Made by a program: the position numbers and the translations under genes. A stretch of DNA of 64,000 nucleotides from Longimicrobiales bacterium. Its GTDB lineage: Bacteria > Gemmatimonadota > Gemmatimonadetes > Longimicrobiales > Gaopeijiaceae. The notes beneath the pieces are model-generated. The model searched no databases. It saw only the letters and a program-made list of their open reading frames with translations, and was not told the origin of the DNA. The stretch lies in contig CAXXKM010000001.1 of the NCBI GenBank assembly GCA_963664435.2, positions 864,001 through 928,000 on the forward strand, in the 5' to 3' direction. Position 1 is the stretch's first letter; the number at the start of each line of letters is the position of its first letter. Positions 18,878 through 29,200 of the stretch are shown here, piece after piece.

Positions 18878-20875
18878 ATGCTGAGGTTCGCCGAGGAACT
18901 TCTGGTTCTCGTGCTGGACGAAGGCCGTGGCGATTTCGCCCCGAGCCTGCCCTCCCGGTCGCTCAATCTGGCGCTCGCCGGAGCCGTGCTGATGGACCTC
19001 GCGCTCGAGGACCGCATCGACACGGATCTCGACCGGCTCATGCTGATCGACTCAACGCCGCTCGGTGACGATATCCTCGACCCGACGCTGGCCGAGATCG
19101 CGCGCGATGGCCGGTCGCGAGACACGGCATACTGGCTCGGGCGGACCGCCGGGCGGGGGGACCGCATCCGGCGCGCCGCGCTCGCCCGCCTCATCAAGCG
19201 CGGTATTCTGAGATCCGAGGCGCAGGGGCTGCTGTCCCTGGTTCCCGCCGTGTCCCGGTCGCGTCGCTATCCCGCCGCCGACGGGCAGCCGGTCGAAGAG
19301 GCCAGGCTGCGCGTGATGCGGATCCTGTTCAGCGACGATGTTCCGGACCCGCGCGACATCGCGATCATCGCTCTCGCAAACGCCTGCGGCGTGTTCCGCA
19401 CGATTCTGTCGCCGGAGGAGCGGGCGCAGGTCCGGGATCGCATCGATCTGCTGAAGAATCTCGACCTGATCGGCCGGACGACGAGCCTGGCGATCGAAGG
19501 ACTCGAGGCGTCCGACGAGCCATCTCCGGAGCGTCGGCGATCGACGGAGATACCGGTGGTGCCGGGCCTTCCGTGGCTCGGAAACGGCCTGGCCATGCGG
19601 AAGGGACTCGTGACCTTCCTCGCCCGCCAGTACCGCGAACTGGGCCCGATCTTCAGGATACGCGCCCCGGGACGCCGGTTCGTGTGCATCGCGGGGCCGG
19701 AAGCGGCCAATTTCCTGACCTCGCACGGGAAGACCGTCTTCCGGTCGCTCGAGCCGATGGCGAACTTTCACAACCAGATGGGCTCGTCGCGCTCGATCCT
19801 GACCATGGACGGGATCGATCACGTCACGACGCGGAAGGCCCAGGCCAGGGGATACGCGGTCCGGGTCATGAGGGACCGGTCACAGGAGGTCGTCGACATC
19901 ACCCGCGACGAGATCCACAGGTGGCCGGTGCGGGCACCGTTCGAGGCGTTGCCGGCGTTCCAGCGCGTGATCGCCGAGCAGATGGGCCACATGATGGCGG
20001 GCTATTCGCCGCAGGGTTACACGCACGATCTGTCCACGCTCCTCGGCGGGCTGCTCCTCAGCGGCGCGACGATGCCGCACATCATGAAGCTCCCGCGCTT
20101 CCGCCGCGCCCGCGAACGAGGCCGGGAGCTGGCCCGGGCGGTCCTCGCGCACAAGCGCGAAGTGGGTCCGCGCAGATCGACGCCGGACTTCATCGACCTG
20201 ATGCTCGAGCTGCGCGACGCCGATCCCCAGCTTCTTCCCGAGACCAACCTGCCCCTGACGCTGCTCGCGCCCTATATGGTCGGACTGGATACTACGGCGA
20301 GCACGTGTTCGTTCATGATCTACAACGTGCTGAAGCGCCCGCAGCTCATGGAGCGCATGACCGCCGAGGCGGACGCCCTGTTCGATCGGGGCCGCGTGAG
20401 CGGCGAGGCCCTGAAGGAGCTCGACGTCTCGCGCCGCGTGGCGATGGAGACGCTGCGGCTTCATCCGGTCTCGCCCGCCGTGCTTCGGACGACCTCCAAC
20501 TCCTTCGAGTTCGCGGGTCACAGGGTATCCGCGGGCACCCAGGTCATGATCGGTACGGCGGTCGGGCACACGCTCGAGGAATACTTTCCCGACCCGGAGC
20601 GTTTCGACATCGACCGCTACACGCCGGCTCGCGGCGAACACCGGCAGCGCGGCGCCTACGTCCCCTTCGGGGCCGGCAACCACCGGTGTCTCGGCAGCGG
20701 TCTTGTCCCGGCCCAGCTCGGCCTCACCATGGCCACGATACTGAGGGAGCTCGTGCTGGAGCCGCTCGCGCCCGACCATGCGCTGCGCGTGAGATCGTTC
20801 CCGACCATGCAGCCGATAGGCTTCAGAATCCGCGTCCTGCGCCGACGCGCACACAACGTCCCGACGACGAGATAG
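18878..20875 (+). CDS. GPP34 (GOLPH3-like) domain fused to cytochrome P450
   Basis: N-terminal FAEELLVLVLD...LAGAVLMDLALEDRI; C-terminal GLDTT, ETLR, PERF and heme motif FGAGNHRCLG. Confidence 0.88.
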   Translation: MLRFAEELLVLVLDEGRGDFAPSLPSRSLNLALAGAVLMDLALEDRIDTDLDRLMLIDSTPLGDDILDPTLAEIARDGRSRDTAYWLGRTAGRGDRIRRAALARLIKRGILRSEAQGLLSLVPAVSRSRRYPAADGQPVEEARLRVMRILFSDDVPDPRDIAIIALANACGVFRTILSPEERAQVRDRIDLLKNLDLIGRTTSLAIEGLEASDEPSPERRRSTEIPVVPGLPWLGNGLAMRKGLVTFLARQYRELGPIFRIRAPGRRFVCIAGPEAANFLTSHGKTVFRSLEPMANFHNQMGSSRSILTMDGIDHVTTRKAQARGYAVRVMRDRSQEVVDITRDEIHRWPVRAPFEALPAFQRVIAEQMGHMMAGYSPQGYTHDLSTLLGGLLLSGATMPHIMKLPRFRRARERGRELARAVLAHKREVGPRRSTPDFIDLMLELRDADPQLLPETNLPLTLLAPYMVGLDTTASTCSFMIYNVLKRPQLMERMTAEADALFDRGRVSGEALKELDVSRRVAMETLRLHPVSPAVLRTTSNSFEFAGHRVSAGTQVMIGTAVGHTLEEYFPDPERFDIDRYTPARGEHRQRGAYVPFGAGNHRCLGSGLVPAQLGLTMATILRELVLEPLAPDHALRVRSFPTMQPIGFRIRVLRRRAHNVPTTR

Positions 20876-20880
20876 ACCCC

Positions 20881-22152
20881 GTGAGCGGCGCTCGCCCGCG
20901 GGTCAGCCTCCCGCGGTATCACTCCCTCGACCGGCTGCGCGCATCCATGATGCTGCTCGGGGTGGTTCGTCACGCCGCGGTGAGCTACGTGCCCGTCGTC
21001 TTCTTCGAATGGCCCTACCGGGACCCCCAGGCCGACATGCTCGCCTACTGGCTGGTCCTCTTCATCCGAGTGTTCAACCTGCCGGTCTTCTTCGCGATTG
21101 CGGGGTTCTTTGCCGCGTACCTGATCGAGACGCGCGGCACCCGTGTATTCCTCCGGCATCGATGGAGCCGGATCGGGGTGCCGTTCCTGGTGGCCTGGCC
21201 CGTCCTGGCGGTCACGATGTTCCTCATCGTGCCGTTCGCCGCCCGCTTCAGCTCCGCGCCGCCGAACGCCGCCTACAGCCTTGTCGAGTTGACCTCTCCC
21301 AGGGCTCTGGACCACCTGTTCATGCACCTGTGGTTCCTCTACCACCTGTTGATTCTCTGCCTGGTCGCGAGCGCACTGCGCCCGCTGGCCGCCCGGATTC
21401 CCGCAGACGTGCGCGCCCGGGCGATGGATCTCTTCGAGCGCTGGGTGCACCGTGGAGGCATCGCGGTGCTGATTGTGACCGCGGGCCTCATACTGTACCG
21501 GATGGAGTCGTGGGCGATCGACTACTACGCCGGTCCGTTTCCCGCCCTGCGCCAGCTGGCGCTGTACGGCCTGTTCTTCGGATTCGGGTGGATGCTGTTT
21601 CGCAGGCGCGAGACGCTTGAGGGCTTCAGGAGTCCCGCCTGGGTTCTCCTTGCGGCCGGGGTCCTGTGCTTCTTCGTGTACCGGCACTTGTTCGAAGTCA
21701 ATTGCCCTCCCAGGCCGGACAGGATGTGCACGGGCATTGACGAGGGACGTCACCTGTCGGCGGTCGTCTTCCTCGCGCTTTCCATGTGGTTCATGGCATA
21801 TGGCCTGATCGGACTCTTCCTGCGCTACATGGACAGGCCGAGCCGGCGCTGGCGGTACATGGCGGACGCCTCGTACTGGATCTACATCGTCCACGTGCCG
21901 TTCGTCATGCTGCTGCCCCTTCTCCTGGCGAGCGTTCCGCTGCCCGCGATCCTCAAGCTGGCGCTGGTCTCGGTCACGGCGATCGGCCTGATCCTGTTGA
22001 CCTACAAGTACTTCGTACGGCCGACATTCATCGGCAAGCAACTGAACGGACACCGTTACTCTCGAGGCGCGGCCTCCTCTCCCTCGGAACCCTCGAGGTG
22101 CCGGCGCGGACGCCCGAACGATCTTCAGCGAGAACCTGCGGGCATGAAATAG
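20881..22152 (+). CDS. Acyltransferase_3 family (OpgC/MdoC-like) membrane acyltransferase
   Basis: LDRLRA, FFAIAGFF, HLWFL, ADASYWIYIVH; multiple TM helices. Confidence 0.88.
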   Translation: MSGARPRVSLPRYHSLDRLRASMMLLGVVRHAAVSYVPVVFFEWPYRDPQADMLAYWLVLFIRVFNLPVFFAIAGFFAAYLIETRGTRVFLRHRWSRIGVPFLVAWPVLAVTMFLIVPFAARFSSAPPNAAYSLVELTSPRALDHLFMHLWFLYHLLILCLVASALRPLAARIPADVRARAMDLFERWVHRGGIAVLIVTAGLILYRMESWAIDYYAGPFPALRQLALYGLFFGFGWMLFRRRETLEGFRSPAWVLLAAGVLCFFVYRHLFEVNCPPRPDRMCTGIDEGRHLSAVVFLALSMWFMAYGLIGLFLRYMDRPSRRWRYMADASYWIYIVHVPFVMLLPLLLASVPLPAILKLALVSVTAIGLILLTYKYFVRPTFIGKQLNGHRYSRGAASSPSEPSRCRRGRPNDLQREPAGMK

Positions 22153-24488
22153 CCAACCCCGCGCTCGTTGCATATGTAGGCCGGGTTGGCCGCATCGTCT
22201 CCCAGCTTGCGACGCAGCCGCTTTACGACGGCCCGCACGAGCTTGGGGTCCGGCGCGCGTCGATCTCCCTTGCGCCACGCCTGGCGCAGCAGCGACTCGT
22301 GTGTCAGCACCCGCCCCACGTTGACCGACAGCACGCGCAGCAACTCGTACTCGGTGGGGGTCAGTTGCACCGACCGGCCGGCAACCGCGACGTGCCGCTG
22401 GTCGTACCGAATGGCCAGTTGCCCCAGGAGGAAGGGCTCGGGCCCGGCTACACGCCGCAGGGCGGCCCGCACTCTGGCCGTCAACTCCGATGGAGAGAAC
22501 GGCTTGACGATGTAGTCGGCCGCGCCCGCATCGAGCGCCCTGACGATCGTCTCGTCCCGGCCGTAGGCCGAGATGAAGATGACGGGCAGGTCGCTCAGTT
22601 CCGGAACCCGCTCCATCAACGCGATGCCGTCGGTCCCGGGCAGCAGCAGGTCCAGCAGGACCAACCCGGGCTTGTGCATCGCGACGAGGTTGGCCACCTC
22701 CTCCGCGTCCCCGGTCACTACCGGGGCGAAGCCCGCCTCGGTGAGCGCGTCTCGAAGGTACCGCAGTATCAGGGGATCGTCGTCTACCACCAGGATGCGC
22801 GTCTTCTCCTCCCTTTGCCCAGCCGCGCCCGGGCCAGCCGATGCGAGACCTTCAGAGGCGGTTTCCGGCTCCTCGGCCAAGGGCAGCGTAAAGGTGAACC
22901 TCGTGCCTTGTCCCACACCTCCGCTTTCGGCCCGGATTCGCCCCCCGTGCGCCTCCACCAGTCCCTTGCAGATGGTCAGGCCGAGCCCGGCACTCGCCCC
23001 GCCTCGCTCCCGGTCGCCGCCGACCGGCGCGGCGTACTTGCGGAACAGGTGGGGCAGTCGGTCCGGCGGCACGCCACGGCCCCTGTCGCTCACCGAGATC
23101 GCCACATGCACGCCTTCGCGCCTCGCGTCGATCCGGATGGGCGACGATTCGGGAGAGTACTTCGCCGCGTTGGACAAGAGGTTGCTCAGGACTTGAACAA
23201 TGCGCGTCCGGTCCGCCATCACCCGCGGCAGGTCTTCCGGCAGGTCGATGTCGAGGTCGTGCCTTCCCGTGCCGCTCACGAACGTGCTCCGCGCCTGGTC
23301 AACGAGAGCTGCGACGTGCGCCGGCTCGGGCGACACCGACAGCGTGCCCGTCACGATGCGCCCGTGGTCGAGCAACTCGCCGATCAGGCCGCGCATCCGG
23401 TCGGCCTGGTCGTCGATGACCCGGAAGAACTGCAGCATCTCAGCCGGGTCCGGCGCCGGCGAGGCGCCCAACACGGTTGCCGTGGAGCCCTTGATCGAGA
23501 TGAGCGGTGTTCGCAACTCGTGGCTCACGATGCCAAGGAACTCTGCGCGCATGCGCTCCAGTTCCTCCAGCGGCTCCAGATCCTGCAGCGTGACCACGAC
23601 CGACACGACCGTGCCGTCGTCCGCCTGGATCGGCGTCGAGTTGACCAGGCTGGTCACGCTCCGGCCATCGGGGACCGAGAGCGTGATTTCCTCGGCGCGC
23701 ACGGTCTCGGGCGTCCCCAACAGCTGCGCCAGCGGAAACTCCGCCAGGGCAACCGCCCGCCCGTCCGCGCGGTGACAGGTGATCGCTTCCAGCAGTTCCA
23801 ACGGAGTGGACCCGGACATGTTCAGCGCGTCGACGATCCGGCGCGCCTCCCGGTTGAACGACATCGGCTCGCCGGTTCGCCCGTCGAAGACCACAACGCC
23901 GACCGGTGAAGTCTCGATCAGGGTCTCCAGGTCCGCCCGCGCCCTGCGTTCCTCCCGGTGCGCGCGAGCGTTGGCGATCGCGGTCGCCGCCTGGGCGGCG
24001 AACAGCGTCAACACCTCCTCGTTGTCGGTGTTGAACTCCTGACCGTCCTCCTTTTCGGCGAGGAAGAAGTTGCCGACGTTAAGGTCGCGGTGTCGCAGCG
24101 GTGCCCCCACCATCGCCCTCGACTCCATCACCTCCGAAGAGAGGCCCAGCGCGCGGACATAGGCGGTCAGATCCGCCACGCGAACGGGCGCCGCAAGACC
24201 CCTGAAGTGCTCGAAGAGCCGTGGGCCGTCCGGCCAGGCGATCAGCTCTTCCTTCTCGGCCGGCGTGAAGCCGGAAAGCACGAATTCCCCGGGCTTTCCA
24301 GCCCCGTCGACGGTGGCGATCACGCCGTAGCGCGCCCCGGTCAACGCACGCGCGCTCTCGACGACCTCCTGCAGCACGGTGTCGAGGTCCAGGCTGCTGT
24401 TTGCGCGCAGCACGGCAGCGCTCAACCTGGACACGCGCTCCCGAAGCGCCTCGATCTCTCTCCTCAACTCGACAGAATCGCCCGCCAT
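22125..24488 (-). CDS. Cytoplasmic hybrid histidine kinase: GAF-PAS-HisKA-HATPase-REC-OmpR-type winged helix
   Basis: VSHELRTP, NLLSNA, GLGL, ILVVDDD, LLDL, KPF, LTPTEYELL, LRRKLG...GVGY. Confidence 0.92.
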   Translation of the reverse strand: MAGDSVELRREIEALRERVSRLSAAVLRANSSLDLDTVLQEVVESARALTGARYGVIATVDGAGKPGEFVLSGFTPAEKEELIAWPDGPRLFEHFRGLAAPVRVADLTAYVRALGLSSEVMESRAMVGAPLRHRDLNVGNFFLAEKEDGQEFNTDNEEVLTLFAAQAATAIANARAHREERRARADLETLIETSPVGVVVFDGRTGEPMSFNREARRIVDALNMSGSTPLELLEAITCHRADGRAVALAEFPLAQLLGTPETVRAEEITLSVPDGRSVTSLVNSTPIQADDGTVVSVVVTLQDLEPLEELERMRAEFLGIVSHELRTPLISIKGSTATVLGASPAPDPAEMLQFFRVIDDQADRMRGLIGELLDHGRIVTGTLSVSPEPAHVAALVDQARSTFVSGTGRHDLDIDLPEDLPRVMADRTRIVQVLSNLLSNAAKYSPESSPIRIDARREGVHVAISVSDRGRGVPPDRLPHLFRKYAAPVGGDRERGGASAGLGLTICKGLVEAHGGRIRAESGGVGQGTRFTFTLPLAEEPETASEGLASAGPGAAGQREEKTRILVVDDDPLILRYLRDALTEAGFAPVVTGDAEEVANLVAMHKPGLVLLDLLLPGTDGIALMERVPELSDLPVIFISAYGRDETIVRALDAGAADYIVKPFSPSELTARVRAALRRVAGPEPFLLGQLAIRYDQRHVAVAGRSVQLTPTEYELLRVLSVNVGRVLTHESLLRQAWRKGDRRAPDPKLVRAVVKRLRRKLGDDAANPAYICNERGVGYFMPAGSR

Positions 24489-24642
24489 TATTTCACCCCG
24501 TCCGAACCGGAGAACCCCGCGCGGAAATGCGCCCGGATGCGGGCCGTCCCGCTATCGCTCACTTGTCACGAAAGTATATCAGACTCGTCGCGCGACAAGC
24601 GAGGGGAGGGGTTGGTTGGGCTTCGCGACCGGGCCGCGCAAC

Positions 24643-24675
24643 GCCCCAACCCTGACGCTACGTCAGGGTTGGGGC
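24643..24675 (-). terminator. Hairpin terminator after susD
   Basis: Perfect 15-bp stem GCCCCAACCCTGACG/CGTCAGGGTTGGGGC with 3-nt loop, 8 nt past the stop. Confidence 0.7.
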
Positions 24676-24683
24676 TGTTCCGC

Positions 24684-26153
24684 TCAGTTGGGATCCCAGA
24701 ACAGCGGTGTGTTCCAAGGCTCCGATCCCAGCCCCTGGGCCGACTGCGCGGCCATCAGGTTGGCGTTGTTCACCGACTCCTCGCTCTGCGGATACGGCAG
24801 CCGTACCGGGATGAGACCGTTGTTCAGGTTGTCGGGGCCCGCCACCAGGCCGGGATGGTTGGCGCGCCGGAAGTACGCCCACGCCTCCGGGCCCTGATCG
24901 TAGAGCGCGAACCACATCTGCTGGGCGATCTGCGCCAGCCGGGTGTCCATATCGGACGCGAAAGCCACCATCGGCTGCGCCAGATACGCGTCGATGTCGT
25001 CCGACGAGATGTCGTACGTCTCCATGGATGCCCGGATGCCGGCCTCGTAGAGGGCCGCTGCATCCCCCCCGGCGTAGCCTCTGACCGCGGCCTCCGCCCG
25101 AAGCAGCGCCACCTCGGCATACGACTGGATCCAAGTGGGCGTGTCGGGCTGCAGGAACCACGTGCCGACCCGGGACACCTGCTCGAACTCGATCCCGTGG
25201 CTGTCGTCCAACCCGTTGGGCATCCCGCGGAATTCACCGGTCTCCCTGGCCGGATCGGCGTAGATGGGGAGCCTGGGGTCGTTGTGCTCGATCAGCGCGT
25301 CGACCATCGCCGCGCTGATGCGGAAGTCGCCGGGGCGGGAGATGAACGCGGGCGCCATCGGGTTCTCGTTGGGCGGAGAGCCCAGCCAATCCAGCTTGGC
25401 CTCGTCCTCGCGGCTCTCGAAGACGCCCGCGGAAATCGCGCTCGAGGCCTCCGACGCGCTCATCAGGCGCATCGCCATGCGCAGCCGCAGCGAGTTCGCA
25501 AACCGCTGCCACTTGTACATGTCGCCCCCGAAGATCAGGTCCGGGCTGCCGACCGTTCCGCGGAACGCGTCGGGGAAGAGCCCGCTCATGGGAGCGATCT
25601 GGGAGCTCGCCGCGGACAACTCCGCGAGCAGGGCGCTGTAGATGGACTGCGCGTCATCGTACTTCGGCGTGATGTTGCCGGCCTCAAGCCCGCCCAGCGC
25701 TTCCGTGTAGGGGATGTCGCCCCACAGGTCCACCATGTTGTGGAACATCCACGCGCGCAGGATGCGCCCGACCGCTTCCTGGTTGGCCAGGCCCCTCTCG
25801 GCCGCCTTCTGGACCACCCCGTCGAAGTCCACCAGGGCCCCGGTATAGAAGCCGGCCCAGAGCCCGTCCGAGAAGCTGCCGTCGATCTCGTAGCGGTCGA
25901 TGGAGCCGTACTGGAGGCGCGCGTAGTGCTGCACCCAGACCGAGGCGGTGCCCCGGTCGAAGCCCGTTCCCAGCAGGCTGGTAACGGCGCCCACGATGCC
26001 CGCGGGCAGCAGGTACTGAGCCCCCACGTCGGTGGGCGCGTTTGGGTTGGTGTTGATCCCGGTGAAGTCCTCCGTGCAACCGGAGGCGCCCAGGCCGATC
26101 GCCACGATCAAACCGGCCGCGAGGCTTCGATGCATCTTTCTCTTCGTATTCAT
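24684..26153 (-). CDS. SusD/RagB family nutrient-binding outer-membrane lipoprotein
   Basis: Lipobox ASGC, INTNPN, WGDIPY, WQRFANSLRLR, RLPYP; directly downstream of SusC. Confidence 0.92.
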   Translation of the reverse strand: MNTKRKMHRSLAAGLIVAIGLGASGCTEDFTGINTNPNAPTDVGAQYLLPAGIVGAVTSLLGTGFDRGTASVWVQHYARLQYGSIDRYEIDGSFSDGLWAGFYTGALVDFDGVVQKAAERGLANQEAVGRILRAWMFHNMVDLWGDIPYTEALGGLEAGNITPKYDDAQSIYSALLAELSAASSQIAPMSGLFPDAFRGTVGSPDLIFGGDMYKWQRFANSLRLRMAMRLMSASEASSAISAGVFESREDEAKLDWLGSPPNENPMAPAFISRPGDFRISAAMVDALIEHNDPRLPIYADPARETGEFRGMPNGLDDSHGIEFEQVSRVGTWFLQPDTPTWIQSYAEVALLRAEAAVRGYAGGDAAALYEAGIRASMETYDISSDDIDAYLAQPMVAFASDMDTRLAQIAQQMWFALYDQGPEAWAYFRRANHPGLVAGPDNLNNGLIPVRLPYPQSEESVNNANLMAAQSAQGLGSEPWNTPLFWDPN

Positions 26154-26223
26154 TCTCGATCTCCCGCTCGGTTCAGCTGTCTTCGGCATCATCGGTTTCT
26201 CCTGTCGAGACATGTGCGCCTCC

Positions 26224-29200
26224 TCAATGCACGACGGAGATGTTGATCCCGAAGGATCGCGGCGTCGGGAACTGCTTGTCTTCGATGCCGGCGAGATTCG
26301 CTTCGGTTGTGCTGCCCTCGATGGCTGCAGTCTCCGGATCGATGTGGGGGATCGCGGTCCACAGCCACACATTGCGGCCCACCAAGGTGATGCGTGCCTG
26401 CGACACCGGCAGATTGTCCAGGTAGGCCGGCGGCAGATCGAAGGCGATCGCGACCTCGCGCAGCTTGGTGAAGTTGTTCTCGAAGAGCCACTCGGTGTCC
26501 ACGTCGTCGAGGCGCGTGGCGAGCGTGCGCGGCGCGACCGCCACCGTGTTCGCCGCCCCGCCCTCGGTGACGCCGGGGAAGACGACCGGGCCCCGGCCGG
26601 TGACGCGGTCCGGATCCCAGTCCCTGGGGGTCGGGTTGGCCGACTCGTAGAGCACGCCCGTGCGGTAGCCCAGGCGGCAGGAGCCGCAGAAGATCTGTCC
26701 GCCGTTGTGCGTGTCGACCTGTGCGCTCACGGTGAAGGAGCCGTACGAGAGCGTGCTGCGGACGCCGCCGATCCAGTCGGGCTGGTAGGTGTCGATGATC
26801 TCGGACGACCCCCGGATCGGGAGACCGTTGGAGCCGACGATGATGTTGCCGGCGGAGTCCCTCTCCCACACCGGACCGAAGAAGATGCCGTACGGATGCC
26901 CGGGCCGCGCCTCGACGGCGCCGCGAATCCCTCCGGCCCGTCCGATCACGATCGACTCCAGGCCGGGCGCGAGTTCGAGCACCTCGGAGGTGTTCTTCCC
27001 GAAGTTGAAGGTCATGTCCCATCCGAGGCCGCCCGGCTGGTTCAGCAGATCGACCGTCAGCAGCGCCTCGATCCCCTTGTTCTGTACCGAGCCCGCATTC
27101 AGCACCTGACGCGTGTAGCCACTCGCCTCCGACACGTCCACGCCCAGGATCTGGTCCCTGGTGATCGAGTTGTAGTAGGTGAGGTCCACGGCGGCGCGAT
27201 CGAACCAGAAGCGCAGGTCCGCCCCGATCTCCCACGACCGGGTCTCCTCGGGCCTGAGGTCGGCGTTGGGAATCGTGTTGCTGGTCGTATAGCCGGGGAT
27301 GTTCCCGAACTTGTCGACCTCGGAATAGACCGAGGTGAGCTGATACGGATCGGCGTCGTTGCCGACCTTCGCCCAGCTCGCGCGCAGCTTCCCGTACGTG
27401 AGGAAGTCGGAGTCGATCTGGAGCGCGTCGGTGAACACGAGGCTGCCCGAGAAGGACGGATAGAAGTACGAACGGTTGTCCTCGGGCAGCGTCGAGGACC
27501 AGTCGTTGCGGGCCGTGACGTCGATGAAGGCGAAGTCCCGGTACCCGACGGTGAACAGGCCGTAGAGGCTGTTCACATGCTTCCTCTGGATGACGTAGTT
27601 CAGGAGCGGTGGAGCCGCGGAATTGCTCACGTTGTAGATGCCCGGGACGTTGAGCTTGCGGCTTCCCGCCTCCTGCAGATCGAAGTCGTTGCGCCGCATG
27701 TTCGCGCCGCCGCTGACGTTGAGCGAGAAATCGGTGGTCAGCTGCCGGTTCGCCGTGACCAGCGCCTCGATGTTGGTCTCCTGGTGGAACGAGGCGGCCT
27801 CCACGAAGCCTCCCTCAGGGGTGTCCTGGGAGTAGAACGGGTAGACCTCCTTGTTGGACTGCTCGAACCAGTCCGTCCCCAGGCGCACGCGCGCGTTGAG
27901 CCACTCGCCCGCCAGCTTGTAGTTGCCGGTGACCTGGCCGAGGACGCGGTTGCGCCGGTCGTCGTTGCTCCGGTAGTTCTGGACCCAGTACACGTTGTCG
28001 TGGTAGTTGTGGTTCCAGTTGGGGGTCAGTACGCCGGAATTCGGATCCCACTCCTCGTTGGCGCGCTGCATGCGCTTGGCGTCGACCTGGCGCTGGAACC
28101 AGTTGAAGATGTGGATGGCGTAATAGGACCCGTTCCCCGGCGCCGGGCGGTTGTGCCCCTGCGTCTGCGTGTACTGGAACGAGCCGTCAAGGTCGAACCG
28201 GTCGGTCACCTGCACGCCGGCGTTCAGGGCCAGCTGGGTGCGTTCCATTTCGTTCCGGGGGGCCATCCCGGTTGCGTCCAGGCGCAGCGCCGAGAAACGC
28301 ACGTTGGAACGCTCGGTGGCGTGGGAGATGGCGAAGTTGGTGGTGAGGTTGTTCCCGGTCTGGAAGTACTCGCGCACGTTCATCGGAGAGGGCAGCCAGG
28401 GCTGGGCGACGCCGGCCGACCACCACTGGGGATAGAGGCGCCCGTCGAGGGGCGGGCCCCAGCTCTCGTCCACGCCGTCGTTCTCGCCGCCGCCTCTGCC
28501 GTCGACCCAGTTGTAGCCGTCGTCGGTGGCGCCGCCGCCATAGATGTTCTGGTACTTGACCATGCGAAGCGGGGACTCGACGACGAAGTTGCTGCTCGCC
28601 GTGATGGTCGTGCGGCCGATCGCGCCCCTGCCCGACTTGGTCACGATCTCCACCACGCCGTTGGAGGCCCGCGACCCGTACAGCGCCGCCGCGTTCGCTC
28701 CCCGGAGCACCGTCACCGACTCGATGTTCGCGGGGTCGATGTCCTGGGCCATGTTGCCGTAGTCGATGCCGCTCCGGTTGCGCACGACCGCGCCCCGGGT
28801 GCCGCCGTTGGCGGCCGTCTCGCGCCGGCTGTTGTCGATGGGCACCCCGTCCACCACGATGAGCGGCTCGTTGTTGCCGGAGATCGAGGCGATCCCCCGC
28901 AGGACCATCTTCGCGGTGCCGCCCAGGACGGCGGGCGGCGTCACCCTGAGGCCCGCCACCTTGCCGGTCAGGCTGCTGATCACGTTGTTGTCGCGGACCT
29001 CGGCCAGTTCGTCGCCGTCGATGCCCTGCACCGAGTAGCCGAGGCTTCGCTCCGCGCGGGTGATGCCGAGCGCGGTGACCACCACTTCCTCCAGCAGCAG
29101 GGCTTCGCTCTCGAGCGCGAAGTCGGCCACGGCCGCGGCATCGGCGGTGACGGTGACCACCGCGGTCTGGGTCGCGTAGCCGAGCCGCCCGGCCTGGATC

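Noticed and set aside
4291..22152. Apparent giant fusions from ORF-track starts at 4291, 17702 and 19573
   Set aside because: The extensions overlap real upstream genes in another frame and are Arg/Pro-rich noise; likely starts are 5242, 18878 and 20881
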